A program made the position numbers and the translations under genes. Positions 9,130-21,800 of a stretch of DNA of 64,000 bases are shown here, in pieces (position 1 is the first letter of the stretch; each line of letters starts with the position of its first letter). The stretch covers positions 160,001 through 224,000 of the forward strand of contig CP000067.1 of assembly GCA_000002445.1 (NCBI GenBank), in the 5' to 3' direction. The DNA comes from Trypanosoma brucei (lineage: Eukaryota). Under the pieces are notes generated by a model. The model did no database searches. It was given only the letters and a program-made list of their open reading frames with translations, and was not told the origin of the DNA.

Positions 9130-11586
9130 TTATCGCCACAGTTGTCTCACACCTTTACGCATGGCAAAGTAGCGTGCCACAAGGGAAAGGACACCAAAGC
9201 TGCATGTAAGAGCTATCAGCAGAGTCTTGTTGAAATCACTGTTAAGGAGGTCAAACTCCTTTCCAGAAGAGGTGCGCACGTAAAAGAGGTCCATACCTGA
9301 AACGAGTACATGGCAGGAGCTTTCAAGATTTGTTGGTCGCGTTGCAATTAGAGTGGGACGTGCCGCTCGATACCTGTGGGTAACTATAGCAGTGCTCGGA
9401 ATGATCACATGTGTTAACTGCCCGGCGCCGTCACCTAAGGAAACCTGCCCACCAGCAAGTAGACGGTTAAGCCCCACGGAGGCAACCCTCCCGGACGTAA
9501 ACACAAACAGAAGACTTTTTCGTGCGATGGCGCCGAAGGACGTCGTGACGCTCATTTTGGCAACCCCACCGCCGTGCATACCGAGCACAGATCCTACCAC
9601 AACAGGTGGCCATGTAGCACGGGAACTGAATACGCGCTTGTGCCGGGAGAAAAACGATGAGATCACCTGAGGTGGTGTGGCACCCGTATCCTTGAAAAGT
9701 ACTGGGCCAACCTCGGTTTCAAACATCTCCCACACGCCAAGGGAATGGCGCATCTTTTCCACATCCATAAAGTGGTAAAGCACAGCGTGCTCCACAATGA
9801 GGATATGCACCGGTCCTTCTACATTTCGATGACGCATGGACGCAAGAACGCTTCCTGTGACAACATCGACAGCTGTTACAACAAGAGTTGGCATCTCGTC
9901 GTCAACGGGCTCGTAGTACGCCACTGCGAGGACGTTGCGCGTTGGAAACTTGCGACGTACCTCCTCCATACCACTGCTTTTATTCGGAAACACACGAATA
10001 TTATTCACCAATGAAGTGCGGAGTGCATCCTCACCCGTAGCAACGGCAATAATGGGAAATGGCAGTTGCACGGTCCAGAGTGGCGTCACAGACGGAGATG
10101 ATGAGGCTAGATAACCCTTGATGGTTCCCGTTGTCATATTCAAACTGAATACGTGCAACTTGGAATGGGGGATTTTTCCGTTCACCGCAAGCGAACGCTT
10201 GACGTCAAATGTAGGTGCAACAATCAGTGAGTCTTCGTGCTTTGTTGCCTCTACCACAGCACCGGTGACGACATTTAAAATTACCCGAATCTTAACCACA
10301 CCAAAAGAAGCGAATAAAGTAGCAGTATCCGCTCCGGATACCTCTAATTTTTCGAACGCTATATTCTCCACGGAAGCGGCGGTTGTCATCTCCAGCACAG
10401 TTTTAGATACATCGACAAGCACCTTCATGTTACTTCCCATTTCTGCCAGAGGAATCATATATACTACGCCACGTGTAGAAATTCCCAAGGCTTCTTTTGA
10501 CAAACCAAACCGATCTTCCTTCGATGAACTGTCAAGTACAACTACCGCCGCGAGTCTTGAAAGGCCTTCCCACCGTTCCCACTTCACCCCTCCGTTCTCT
10601 CGCACCACAACAAGATGGTCATTGGGTGCGCGAACGAGAGCCCATGCGCCGTCTCCATCGCCCTGCACAGCAAGAAGTATAGCGGGAGCACCTTTTGTCC
10701 CGCCCTTTAAAGGAACGTGAATACTCTTAGCAGGGAACTTAACCATGAAACCGTTGGGATCCGCCTGGCCGATTACGTATCCCTGAAACACGCCAGCCGG
10801 GTTTGTCATAACCGACGCAGCACAACCACTACAGTCAATTACTTCCTGTTCCACAGCGCCGTTTGTCTCGCGTTGAGGGCCATGTCTTACAAGTGTTACC
10901 TTGTGTGAAGAATATGCAACTGCCTCGGCCGAAGAGGTAACGTCAATACCACCCACAGCATCAACGCCTGTAATTTCGACCGCACCCTTAAGGGAGTAGC
11001 GATCGGCAGATAACCGTCGCACCACCCAAAGGTGAGCGTCGCTAAGGCGTAGGCCCTTCACGTCCTCCCCAATGGGAAATTGACCGAGAGTCTTAACTTC
11101 TTCGTCATCAGAATTCATATCTAACTCGAAGATATGTGCGTTTTTACCGTCGAAGGCGGCAAATCTCGCCTTACTATTTGTGATGCTTTTACACGACTCC
11201 ACGTCTGCGCCGGCTGGCAAGAGCAATTTGAAAGTGGTTTCTACTGCTCCAGTCCCTGCGTTAAGAACGTGCACTGCTCCTGACCGGGAGGAGACAAAGA
11301 CAGAGCCGCCAGTTACTCCAATGCACACACGTGGTTCGCTAAAAACTTTCCTCCACAGTAACTCTCCGCTGTCAAGGGAAAGTGCGGCAACCGCCCCCTG
11401 AGCAGACCTTATGTACACGTTGTTAAGTTTCAGCTTAGGATGCAGTGCGGCGCCCTCCACCTGGCCGACAAAGCGCAAAATCCAGTCACGTAACCCCTGC
11501 TCATCTTCATGTATGGCTTGGATTGGAACAATGAGTCCACAAATGAGGCACAACTTGAGCAACAGAAAGTATAAAGTGGGCCGCAT
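9130..11586 (-). CDS. EMC1: ER membrane protein complex subunit 1 (EMC1).
   Basis: ATG at 11586. It has an N-terminal signal peptide (MRPTLYFLLLKLCLICGLIVPIQA). The N-terminal motif HEDEQGLRDW...FVGQV and VAALSLDSGELLWRKV matches human EMC1 YEDQVGKFDW...YVGKV / IAALNSRTGEILWRHV. The C-terminal YVRTSSGKEFDLLNSDFNKTLLIALTCSFGVLSLVARYFAMRKGVRQLWR matches the EMC1 C-terminus ([49 protein letters not shown]) with a single TM. Confidence 0.85.
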   Translation of the reverse strand: MRPTLYFLLLKLCLICGLIVPIQAIHEDEQGLRDWILRFVGQVEGAALHPKLKLNNVYIRSAQGAVAALSLDSGELLWRKVFSEPRVCIGVTGGSVFVSSRSGAVHVLNAGTGAVETTFKLLLPAGADVESCKSITNSKARFAAFDGKNAHIFELDMNSDDEEVKTLGQFPIGEDVKGLRLSDAHLWVVRRLSADRYSLKGAVEITGVDAVGGIDVTSSAEAVAYSSHKVTLVRHGPQRETNGAVEQEVIDCSGCAASVMTNPAGVFQGYVIGQADPNGFMVKFPAKSIHVPLKGGTKGAPAILLAVQGDGDGAWALVRAPNDHLVVVRENGGVKWERWEGLSRLAAVVVLDSSSKEDRFGLSKEALGISTRGVVYMIPLAEMGSNMKVLVDVSKTVLEMTTAASVENIAFEKLEVSGADTATLFASFGVVKIRVILNVVTGAVVEATKHEDSLIVAPTFDVKRSLAVNGKIPHSKLHVFSLNMTTGTIKGYLASSSPSVTPLWTVQLPFPIIAVATGEDALRTSLVNNIRVFPNKSSGMEEVRRKFPTRNVLAVAYYEPVDDEMPTLVVTAVDVVTGSVLASMRHRNVEGPVHILIVEHAVLYHFMDVEKMRHSLGVWEMFETEVGPVLFKDTGATPPQVISSFFSRHKRVFSSRATWPPVVVGSVLGMHGGGVAKMSVTTSFGAIARKSLLFVFTSGRVASVGLNRLLAGGQVSLGDGAGQLTHVIIPSTAIVTHRYRAARPTLIATRPTNLESSCHVLVSGMDLFYVRTSSGKEFDLLNSDFNKTLLIALTCSFGVLSLVARYFAMRKGVRQLWR

Positions 11587-11799
11587 CGCGTTTTGGGTCC
11601 CCTCTTCTCTCTCCTATTCTCTCGTATCCCCTTTGTTTTTGTTGTAAGTCTTTTTTTTCCCACCTCACTCTCTTCTTTTTTGGTTACCCCAATTTTTCTT
11701 TTTTTCTTTTACGTGTCGCTCCCCTTCTACACCTCCGTTCCAATAACCTTTCGGTATCAGCTGTGACAATTACGTTCCTTGATGATGCTACAGTGAAAT

Positions 11800-11960
11800 A
11801 ATACCAAAAAGAAAAAAATATTCGCAACAAAATAACAATAGGGAAAGAGTGCATTAATTTAAAAAGTGGACAAACAATCCTTACACGTCCCTTACGGCAA
11901 TCCCTTAGAACACGCAACTGATAAAGAAAAGGAAAAGTGTGACAAACGATGTAAACAGCC
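11800..11960 (-). promoter_or_regulatory. Sense-strand U-rich/polypyrimidine region between the hydrolase gene 3' end and EMC1; a candidate trans-splicing/polyadenylation control region.
   Basis: The plus strand is A/purine-rich here, so the minus (sense) strand is U/pyrimidine-rich. The 5' leader of EMC1 (11587-11760) is purine-rich on the sense strand. Confidence 0.3.
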
Positions 11961-12086
11961 TGAGACAGTAAGTCCAACGAATGGCTCCAATTCTTTTTCC
12001 TCCCTTCAATAGTAATAACAAACGGCCCCTTTTTTTCATTTTTTAGGTGCCCCCGCTGCTCCGTTACGCTGCATTTAAAAACAAAA

Positions 12087-13040
12087 CTATTCCTCCCCAC
12101 CTGTTGTCTCACCTAACAATTCCATCGCCTCGAGTAGAGTACGAGTGACAGCAGGTCCCTGAGCGCTAAGACCACTGATCCCGCCGCTGCGGTCACCCTC
12201 GAATAGTACAAATTTGGCTTTGGGAAAATGCTTCATAAAATCGCTCTTCGCCTCTCCTGAGAACTCCTCCGAGCCGCACTGAATGACTGTCACGGGTTTT
12301 GTGAAAATATTTTCCGGTCCCACATCGCTAAACCCACATAATGGCCCACGAAACTGAAACAACGTCTCGTTGAACTTAAATCCCACAGTTCCCTCCCGCT
12401 GCTCCACAGTCGAAAGAATAAGTGCCCTCTCCGCCTCATTAGGCACTCTTTTGTGCAAATGATGTTCGAGATCTGCGACGGAACTTATTTCTTTCGGGAT
12501 ATCTGAAATAAAAGAGGGAAGGGAGTAACGTGCCGGCTCACATGCCAGCAGATCTGATGGCCCATTTACAATAAGCACAAGGGAATCGATACCTGATTCA
12601 GGAGAGTGCAGTGCAGCCTGGCATGCGACAAGCGCACCAAACCCAATTCCAACCAACTTGGCATCCGCACGCAAGACTTGCTGTTGCAGAAGCATAATAT
12701 CAGCTGCACACGCCATTGTGAAGGCACGCCCTTCTTCGGGGCAGGGAAGTGATTTGGAATGGTTATGTCCCCGAAAGTCCACAGCAAATAACTCCAGTGG
12801 TACAAGTGGTGTAAGACCCGAACACGGTAATCTCCCGAGACTCTCATGCAAAAGCATTTGCCAGTAAGCAGAACTGCCGAACAGATCATGCAGAAGAATT
12901 GCTTTACTGGGCTTCCGGGAGTCGAGGTGCCACTTGAAGGTTGAAAGCCCATAATTCACCGGAAAGGGTCTTTCTTTAATTGGCAATGATGCAGAAGCAG
13001 CAACGTGGCCCCTCGAAAGCATGCGATTGATTACATTCAT
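12087..13040 (-). CDS. ABHD11-like alpha/beta-hydrolase fold protein; the nucleophile-elbow Ser is replaced (GIGFG), so it is a predicted pseudo-hydrolase.
   Basis: Track start at 13079 is TTG; the first ATG is at 13040 (MNVINRMLSRG...). ILLHDLFGSSAYWQ resembles the ABHD11 LHGLFGSKxNW oxyanion motif. The nucleophile-elbow position reads KLVGIGFGALVA instead of VGHSMGG. I verified this on the DNA: revcomp of 12601-12660 encodes ADAKLVGIGFGALVACQAAL. Confidence 0.7.
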   Translation of the reverse strand: MNVINRMLSRGHVAASASLPIKERPFPVNYGLSTFKWHLDSRKPSKAILLHDLFGSSAYWQMLLHESLGRLPCSGLTPLVPLELFAVDFRGHNHSKSLPCPEEGRAFTMACAADIMLLQQQVLRADAKLVGIGFGALVACQAALHSPESGIDSLVLIVNGPSDLLACEPARYSLPSFISDIPKEISSVADLEHHLHKRVPNEAERALILSTVEQREGTVGFKFNETLFQFRGPLCGFSDVGPENIFTKPVTVIQCGSEEFSGEAKSDFMKHFPKAKFVLFEGDRSGGISGLSAQGPAVTRTLLEAMELLGETTGGEE

Positions 13041-14020
13041 GTTGTACGACTCGCAGCTGCTAAATCTTGGACCAAACAAGATTAATTGTTGGAATGGTGC
13101 TTCCCAATTATTCTGTTTTCTTTTCTCGAAAATCCAGCCGATGACACAACAACTCTACTTGCAACCCTCTCGGTACACAGAACCAAACTCGTCCCCCTTT
13201 CCTTGTACCCCTTGTTGATCTCAACAATTGTTGCAAATTATAAAAGTGAAATAAAAAGTAAAAAAAACATAACGCCTCAAAAAGATTAACGGAAATTTGT
13301 CTCGCATTCAAACGTAAAACGCAAACGCAGAAGTTAAAAATGTGAAGGAAGAAAGAGGAGGAAAAAAAACGAGCAAACTTAAAACGCAACAGTGAAGTGG
13401 GTGCTACTAGTAGTTAACCCGTGATTCTGCCCGCACACGCGAATGGGCATACCTATCCCCACATCCTAACCAGCACTGAGTGCTTAAACTGCGGGTAAAT
13501 CAAAAAAAGAAAGAAAGAAGCATAACCAAAAAAAAGTGAAAGGAGTCTCTTTTATACCAACGACCCGCAACACGCCAACAGGTATTGGTTATTCTCATGT
13601 AACTTCTCCCACACTCTTGCATGCACGTCACATCCTCCTTCTGAATATCCTCTAACCCCCTGTCGCCTCCAACCACAAAATAACATCCGAAATCTAATGT
13701 GAATGAGCCGGAACCTTCGCTCCAGAAAAGGGAGCTGAACGGATTTTCCTTCCAGAGACAACTAAAAGCCTCAACAATGCAACGCACTTGCGAGAAGCAT
13801 GAGGAAGGAGGAGAGTTTTTTTTCCCCCGTGAAAAGCGCCCCGTGTCGACGAAACACTGCAACGCTAAAAATAAAAAAAAAACGCCCTCGTATGAATAAA
13901 TACAAAATACAATACACACGCAAACTTTCGCATCGCGGGCCCAGGAAACGTTTTCGGAAAGTTTATTGCGCAACTATATGCAGCATTCCACTACCCGCCT
14001 TCTTTTTTCTTTTATGATTC

Positions 14021-15436
14021 TCACTGAGAACCCTCCTCCGGCGGAAAAGTTGGAACCGTCAGTGCCGAACTGATCTGCAAAATGCGCGCACTCCAACCTT
14101 CATCGATGAAAAGAAATGTACCTATTCTTCCAAGCTTATGGGCAACAGCAGCCAACACTTGCGCTTGGTGTGGAATGCAGAACTTTTCGTATTGCTCAGT
14201 AAACCGTGTGTATCCATCCGCGACACGTTGTTTTAATGATTCCCGATGCGCCTCCCCTTCGGTATCGTCCCTCCCGGGGGCAGGTTGGGCTAAAGCGTTT
14301 GATTCCATCTTTTTGAGCTGCGTAGCAGCATTGATGCAGGAAATTGAAAGATGGGAAGCAAACCAAAGCAAATCGCCAACCTCCCTCAAGCCTTCAGCCT
14401 CTTCCTTTTTGCTCAGATACATGAGATGGGAATCAATTTGTTCTGTTATTGCATGAAGGGCTAACATTACCGGGTCGCTCACACCCGATGACGGATATCT
14501 GAGGTCGGCTACAGGGACACGGGACATCCCTCCCTCACGATCGTTCCACTCAATTACCGCCGTGTTCCGATCTATGCTCTTCACCACACCCTCACGCCCA
14601 CCGTTCGCCTCATACCGAACGAAACATCCCTCGTGACATGCAGCGGCGGGAAGGGGAGCTCCAGCCGTCCGCTTGCATATATTCCGAGTACTTCTCCGTT
14701 TGGATGGTTCACCTACAAACCGCCTTGTCATTTTTTCCACGACGGCGCCGCACATCTGTAGAAGCCGCACCATTTCGCCATGTTGCACGAGGATGGAGCT
14801 AAGACGGGAAGAGACGGGACCTTCTTGTTCCCGCACCATCGCGAAACTGCTTAGTTTTCCAAGGAGGCCCAAACACTTCATTTTCACAATAGAAAGTAGA
14901 GAATTTTTCCTTGCTGCCTCCCACGAATCGCGGAACTTTCTCCATCCGTCTTCGTCAAGCGTTGTGAAAGCCTTCATTAACTCACATTCATGAATCGCAC
15001 CGATATGGGATATGGCATTAAGAGTCAGTTGAAGTCGCCTTAGCCGTTGTCTTACCAGTGAGTTCTTCTTTGCGTCAAGGCCACTCACACCGTCAAAGTG
15101 CGCTGTAAGTTTGTCGATCGTCCCATTGACTTCCTTCTCTGGAATGGGTGGAAAGATTATACCTGGAAACTCTGTCAGCATCTGTGTAGCAAACCACTCA
15201 AAATCGGAATAACGATGCCATGTGCAATAGTCGATGTAGCCATCGCCTTTAATAAAGTTGCTCTGCGTACTGTTTGGGAAAATGAGAGGCGGATTCTGGT
15301 AACTTTCCAGAAAGCTGCGCGTCATCATTTTATACGTCCAGTGAGAAAAGAAGAGGACCTTATCATTCTCAGCGAACACGCGCTCCGCATTTGCAACATA
15401 GAACTCCAGCGGTGGCTGAGCGGGGTTTTCGGACAT
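14021..15436 (-). CDS. PX-domain sorting nexin (Vps5/SNX1-like, probably PX-BAR).
   Basis: Track start is TTG; the first ATG is at 15436 (MSENPAQPPLEFYV...). PX motif: ...HRYSDFEWFATQMLTEFPGIIFPPIPEK... (R[YF]SDF...P..PP[LI]PEK). The ~470-aa length and helical C-terminal half are consistent with a BAR domain. Confidence 0.75.
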   Translation of the reverse strand: MSENPAQPPLEFYVANAERVFAENDKVLFFSHWTYKMMTRSFLESYQNPPLIFPNSTQSNFIKGDGYIDYCTWHRYSDFEWFATQMLTEFPGIIFPPIPEKEVNGTIDKLTAHFDGVSGLDAKKNSLVRQRLRRLQLTLNAISHIGAIHECELMKAFTTLDEDGWRKFRDSWEAARKNSLLSIVKMKCLGLLGKLSSFAMVREQEGPVSSRLSSILVQHGEMVRLLQMCGAVVEKMTRRFVGEPSKRRSTRNICKRTAGAPLPAAACHEGCFVRYEANGGREGVVKSIDRNTAVIEWNDREGGMSRVPVADLRYPSSGVSDPVMLALHAITEQIDSHLMYLSKKEEAEGLREVGDLLWFASHLSISCINAATQLKKMESNALAQPAPGRDDTEGEAHRESLKQRVADGYTRFTEQYEKFCIPHQAQVLAAVAHKLGRIGTFLFIDEGWSARILQISSALTVPTFPPEEGSQ

Positions 15437-15778
15437 TGCTCTTTGTTCAAGTTGTGAATGAGAGTGCGGCAAGGGGAGAACAAGAAAAAAAATGGGTTGG
15501 CGTGAGGAAAAAACAAAAACGAGTACAAGCCCTACGTTCGGTGCCGTTTCGTCTCCACTCCGTTCTCCCTTTCTATGAGTCCATCCACCTTTATCACGGG
15601 AGTCACGGCCTCATATACAATTGGACCATACCTGACACCTCGGGACTGCAGAACCACGGACACTTGTCGACAGTTTACATAAACACAACTGAGAGCAACA
15701 TTGCCACAGCAGGTGGAGTACGAATTCGGTAAGTCCCCTGGACTCTCAACATAACAAGTACAGAGGTATCTCCCTCCT

Positions 15779-15817
15779 CCCCCCCCCCCCCAAAAAAAAA
15801 AAATAATAATAATAATA
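15779..15817. repeat. Homopolymer block C13, A12 then (ATA)n.
   Basis: cccccccccccccaaaaaaaaaaaataataataataata in the intergenic region between the 2503-aa gene and the sorting nexin gene. Confidence 0.9.
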
Positions 15818-15883
15818 CAACTTCCCCACAACACAGCGACAATAATAAAAGTAAAGCATATAAAATTAGAAGACATTGAAATG

Positions 15884-18800
15884 TTACTTTGCCTTCACAT
15901 TATGATGGATCACACCATATGAAATATGCAATTGGGTACTGGGGCCCGCCGCGTCTCCGTTCGAGCCCTTGACAGCCTCCGCAAGTGCCTTTCCGCCGCC
16001 TCCACCAACAAAAGACAAACACCTCTTGCTAAACACATTACATTCACTCGCTGTAAGGGTAAAGATATTGCTCAATACGTGATGTACTCCACGCGCGAGG
16101 AGGAGGATCGAAACAACGTAATTCTTCTCGTAAAAAAAGTCCATGTAAGCCCTGCACGTGTCACACCCTTGCTCACGACAGTATGACGCGTCATTGGTGG
16201 CCATGGCTATGAGTACTGTTTGAAGATGATCTAGAGAGAGCTCGGCAATGACGGAGGGCTTGATAATGTCAGAGAAGGACCCACATGCACTCACCAAAAC
16301 ATTGGCATAAGCCTTGTTAGCAAAAATACGATGCACATAGGCTAGAGATGGCCTGCTTGAAGAGCCCTGCCCATCCTTGACGAAGGTAACGATTTCAGCG
16401 TTAGACGTTTTCGTTCGTCCTCCACCAAAGATATACTGCAGCGCTTCCTCGTTCTCGCCAAACGGATCAATAATATAGGCCACTCCGTTTGATTGAGGCT
16501 TCCCTGTACGCAACGCCGTCTTCTGCCGTAAGTTTAAAACTGATAACTCTCTGTGAACGGCCATAAAAGACGAAAGCTCAGGAAGCTGCTCGAAGGGAAG
16601 TGGCTGAAGGATGGGATCCAGGCAGAGATATAGGCTGCATGATGCCGCTCGTTGAGATGAGAATAAATCACTGAAGTCCCCAAGCAAAGGAAATACCACT
16701 GTCCTCACCTTCTCGAGGTACGAGTGAAAAACCGACCCCCACTTCGCATCAGGAGACCGCTCACCGGCAGAAGGTCCGGCGGCTACTTCTACTTTCTTGA
16801 GACGCTTAAGTTCCTCAATCTGAGATGTACACTCACGGAGAGCCCCCATGTCCAACTCCGCCCGTCGGGAACACACCTCACCGTCCTGTCTTCGAAAAGC
16901 CACTAGGAAGTACGATGTGGTTCCCTCGCGCACAGCACTGAGGGTGCATATGTCCGACAGCAGAGGGTCAGCCTTATTAGGCTCCGCCGGCCATGCTCCC
17001 ACAAGGTCAAAACGCCTCCACATGCTAGAAATCTCCATGAGATTGTTCCGCAGGGAATCAAAAGCTTTGGTGTTGACCAGGTAGGGCGCATCCATCTTTG
17101 TCTTGTTTACCAAACGAATAAGTTCAGCCTCAGGTGTGGTGTGAGTCAAAGAAGTGACAAGATCGCTCACAAAACCGTACATAGCCGCCGTTTCCGCGTA
17201 CTCGATGGCCGTCCCAGCAGCGTTAAAGTTACCAGACAACATAAAATTGTGAGCCAAATAAATGTAACATTTCGCCATTTGTTTGTACTCAAACATGTGT
17301 CTCGCTTGCCGAACAGCTGCGAGCAGAAGCATCTGCAAGTTACTATTAATTTCTATCCATGCGTTCGCAGCAAGGCGATTTGGATCTTCAACATGAATAC
17401 TAGCGAGTTTCGCAGCGCGGCGTTCCGCTACCGACATCCTCCGAGGAACTGATGGGTGTGGTACAGAAATCGTGATTTTTGACCACTGTGCCGTTAGAAA
17501 TGCGTTCTCGCGTTCATTTACGTCCCCACTGAAAGTAGTGTTTACTGAAGCCTCAGGACTTTCCATCGCTCTGGTAGCCGCCGTAAGCCTCCGGCTAAAC
17601 TCACTTAGTGCAGCGATGATGCTGGCTTCCATTTGAACAGAAGATACGGTGCCAACACCACCCATCGCACGATAGAGCAAGGCTTCAATGTGTGGCGTAG
17701 AAGTGTTGACCATATAGTTAAGTGGAATGCCGAAGTGACTTAGAGAACTCGCAACCTCATTATCATGACCACAAATCCCCTCCTGTGAGGGTAAAGCCGC
17801 ATTAGCGCTATCGTTAAGCATCCTACTCTGCTCGTAGAGAGCGGGGTCACGCATGTAACTGGCAACATAGCCCTCCAACTCCACCGGTCCCCCAGTGGGA
17901 ATGCCCAGGTCCGCGACCGACAGCGCGCTGAAACGTTGTGATATAAAGTTCTTCAGCAACTTCCGTTCCAAGCAGTTGCGTGCACACATTACTAAAACCT
18001 CATCGTACGCCGCTGCCGCGGAAGGACACGTGGTAACGTCACCCCCCAGAGCTAAGACTGGAACGACAGCGTTGACCTCGCTCTGTAACATGTCTGCCAC
18101 TTTAAGGATCTCAGAGTACTCATTGAACAATCGCTCGGGTAACGCTTTGTCCACACCCCCCTTCCCAGTTGCCAGCACGTCATCCACGCACGGCCGCAAA
18201 ATCTGACGCACCCGAAGCGACACCAGTCGACTCTTCCAATCCGCGTATTGGTCCAGCTGCGAGCAAACTTCATCAAGCAATCCCTTCACATCACCCTCTC
18301 GGGGCCCTCCAGGAAATAGTGTGTCAAAGGGCCGACGAAGAAATGCAACAAACCGAGGGGCGCACCTCTGTAGAAGAACCTTATGGCACATTTCGGTTGT
18401 GTCCTTCTCGATGTCACCTTCACCAACTTCTTCAAGGCGCCACAGCAACCGCGTCAAAAGCTGGCGTACGAAAGCTACGGCCTCGGCGACCTTATCACAA
18501 GACAGGAAACCGTCGATATGCACCAATTGCAGTTCCGTCCACGCAGCAACCGTGAGTGAAGTGGGAAGCCCCGTTCCTTCGCCATCACCCATATCTTCAG
18601 TTTTTGTCTCTTCTTCAGTACTGTCCTCCGCACTCGCTTCCTCACTTGTAGGGGGGTCCCATCGACCCCGAAGAATACTAGCACGAGCCTCCAGCAGATG
18701 ACACCGTGCCAACGCACCTCTATCTCCCGTCCGAGAAGCACACTGTTTTACCTTTGCCTTCCACAGTAAAGCTTCTTGCACGCGACCAAGGGTAAAAAGG

Positions 18801-21800
18801 TCCTCGGCTTCACTCAGAATAAACCGATGTGTACTCCCAACAAAGTTGCTGAAATCTAGTGGTCCAGAGGACGGCCACGGTACTGACAGTGCAGGAGTCT
18901 CCGTGGATAAAAGCACCTCATTAACGCTCGACCAGCATTCCGCATCCGGCGGTTCTACGTTATACGCATCACACACCTCAGCCCATCCACATCGTGCAGC
19001 TGATATGAATCCCTTTAGACGAACAGCTCGCACGGCAGCCCTCCCGCGAGGATCAGACTCATCATATCGCCAGTATATGCAGAACTCGACCCAGCTCAAA
19101 ATGAGAAACACATACAGCTCCATCCCATCTTCAAGGAGGTAATCACAAACATCTAACAACATCCCCCACAGTCTATGCGTGTTCAAGGCGAGACCGTCTT
19201 TGCACAGATCACGTATGATAATCGCATGTTGAGGATTGGCATGAAACCCCCGCCATTCGTACAATGTCTCCGGAAGGTGCAACGGGTCCACTTTTACGCC
19301 TCTGATATCCTCTCCTCTGTGAATCTGCAGGAGAACTGCAACAACTTTCCAGCACGATAAGACATAATAGAGAAGGGTCGATGCACAACACCGCTTGTAG
19401 ACAAACGGCCTACTAGCGCATGGCGTGATCGGAGCCACTACAAACAAGAAGTAGAGAAGGCGCAGAGCCGTCAAAGTCTCCAGCAGGGACGGTAAGTCTT
19501 TTTGCTTATCGACCGGAACAACGTTTGTGCAGGTGAGACTCTGAGCAATGGCAAATGTCCGCCCCACCATCGTGCCTGTGAGAGCGTGACGGAGGGCAGG
19601 TGAAACATCTGTATTGCGCCGACCAGCACTTTTATTTAACCACGCACTGAGTAGCATACTATCCACGCGTTCCAGGTCGCTTAGTCCATTCATAAGCAGT
19701 GATATAAGTTCGCTTTTCGTAACGGCATTGCGTCCTGCAAGCCATTCCGCCATGCTGAGAACCAAATCGGCTCTTTGAACGGGTTTACCTTCCAATATCT
19801 TCAATGCCTGATTCCATGCTCTCATGCCCTCGGAGATATCATGCGCGTTCTTCGCAACGGCAACGCACACCGCTGCCTCCACCTCTGCGTCCACAGTTCT
19901 AGCTTTCTCATGCAACTCTGATGTCGAAAGCCTCAACTTCGTACGGAGTTGCGCCTCGTATGCACACAAGGATCCATGATATCTTGACGGAAGCACGCGC
20001 AGAAGCTCATGCATTTGTTTTATCCCCTCGTCATAATTTTCGTCCTCCAGCAGGCTTGTAAAAAGATAGCCGCCTAGTGTGCTGGTCAGTGTGCATAAGT
20101 CATCGAATTCAGCGTCACACCTGCCATTGGTCCGCGACCGTAAAAATTTATTAACTATCCTCAAGATAGGTGGAGAAAGGAGAATTCGAAGCCCCGACTG
20201 CAGCACTCGATAAGAAGCCCGAGAAATGGATGTGGCAACGCGGCACAAAGCGCGATAAGCCTTTGTTATTTGGGTAATTTGCGCTTCTGGTATGGAGCGG
20301 GATGCCGCCACCGCGCTGTTTGTTATGGCCACAAGAACCCTTTTCTCAAACTCAAGACGATGCGTCCTGTCGGCTCCAACCCCGAGATGCAAGAAAAGCG
20401 TGGCCTCATGAAGTAAAATGTCTGCGTACCAATACCAATCCATGTCACTTGGCTTCGGTTGCATCCCACCATTCGAATTGGCCACGACGGAGCCCTTTAA
20501 GTTACCTAAATACATGACTGATGGGGACGGTTGCTGAGTCGAAACAACGGTGCTTGCTAAAGATTTATCCCTACCTGAATTCACAGTTATAAGAGATTTG
20601 GTGCCCCACCCAAGTTTGCCTTCATGGTACAACCGATCGGCGGTACGGCAGATTTCGAGCGTTACTCTTTCATTTTGGGGTATTTGCACGCTGTGAGATG
20701 CCAATCGAGCACACAACTCTACTGATGGGTCGGCTCTAAGCATATCTAAGCATTCCGTGTTAACCAAATGCCGTCTCTCGTCGAGTTCAATAGGTCCATT
20801 CAAGCGACCCAACAAAAAGAGCAACTGCTCTTGCGGGTGAGTAGAGGTTTCGTGGGTTCTATCAAGAAGTCGATTGATGCACGGAAGAATAAGAGAGAAA
20901 TTCTTCCTCCGGGATGGTAGTGACCATTTGCTCATTATTTGGTGGCAGGCCTCCGCCGCCTGCTTGAGTACACTATTATGTGCCTCACATATGGGATACA
21001 AATAAGTTTTGCGCATTGTTTCGGCCAAAGACTCACAGTGAAGCTCACCATTAACTTCTCCCTTCGCACTGATGTACGTCTGTACAAGCGACATAACGTA
21101 TCCAAAGCCGATACTGTCAAATAGTTTGTATTCACCCATGGGATCAGCGTTTACTTGACCCAATGCAAGAGAAAGGTCACGTAGGGTTGCTGCAGCAGGA
21201 AGAAACAAGCCCTTTTTGAACATTTCAGTGTTTTGATTGATCAACGCAGTGCATGCGTTAAGGACAATCCACCCCCCACCGTATCCTGCTGCGCTCAGCC
21301 TAGCACCAAGTTGTGCTGCTTTGGATATGTGAGACATACCATCTTCATGGGTGGCATCACCTAAGGCACGGGGAGATGTTTGTCCTCGCTTTTCCAGCAA
21401 CTCCGACATAACCAAATGAGCTTCAGCCTTCATGGCGAGCAAGTCTCTAGCGAAGCCATTATCTGGAACAGCAATCCGAGCGAGACCCTCCGCAGCTTTA
21501 ATAATAATCTCATCAACCGCAGGATCATTAGTCGTCGAAGCCTCCTTGAGTAACAGGTAGTAAACATTAGGAGTACTAAAATCTTCGAATGTAAACGGTA
21601 CCCGTTCATCAACGGTTTCGCGTACAACGTCTTGTTTTCGACTTTTTCCGCCTTTATTTTTCTCCCCGTTTACCGATACGTTCTTCGTCCTCGTCTCGGC
21701 TACGGATTCCGTGCGAGTAATCGGAGGAAGTCTATCAGCCGCCGCCTGCAAAAGAGGGACACGATTAGCCGATGCTAGCCGAGCTTGCTCGATAAGATGA

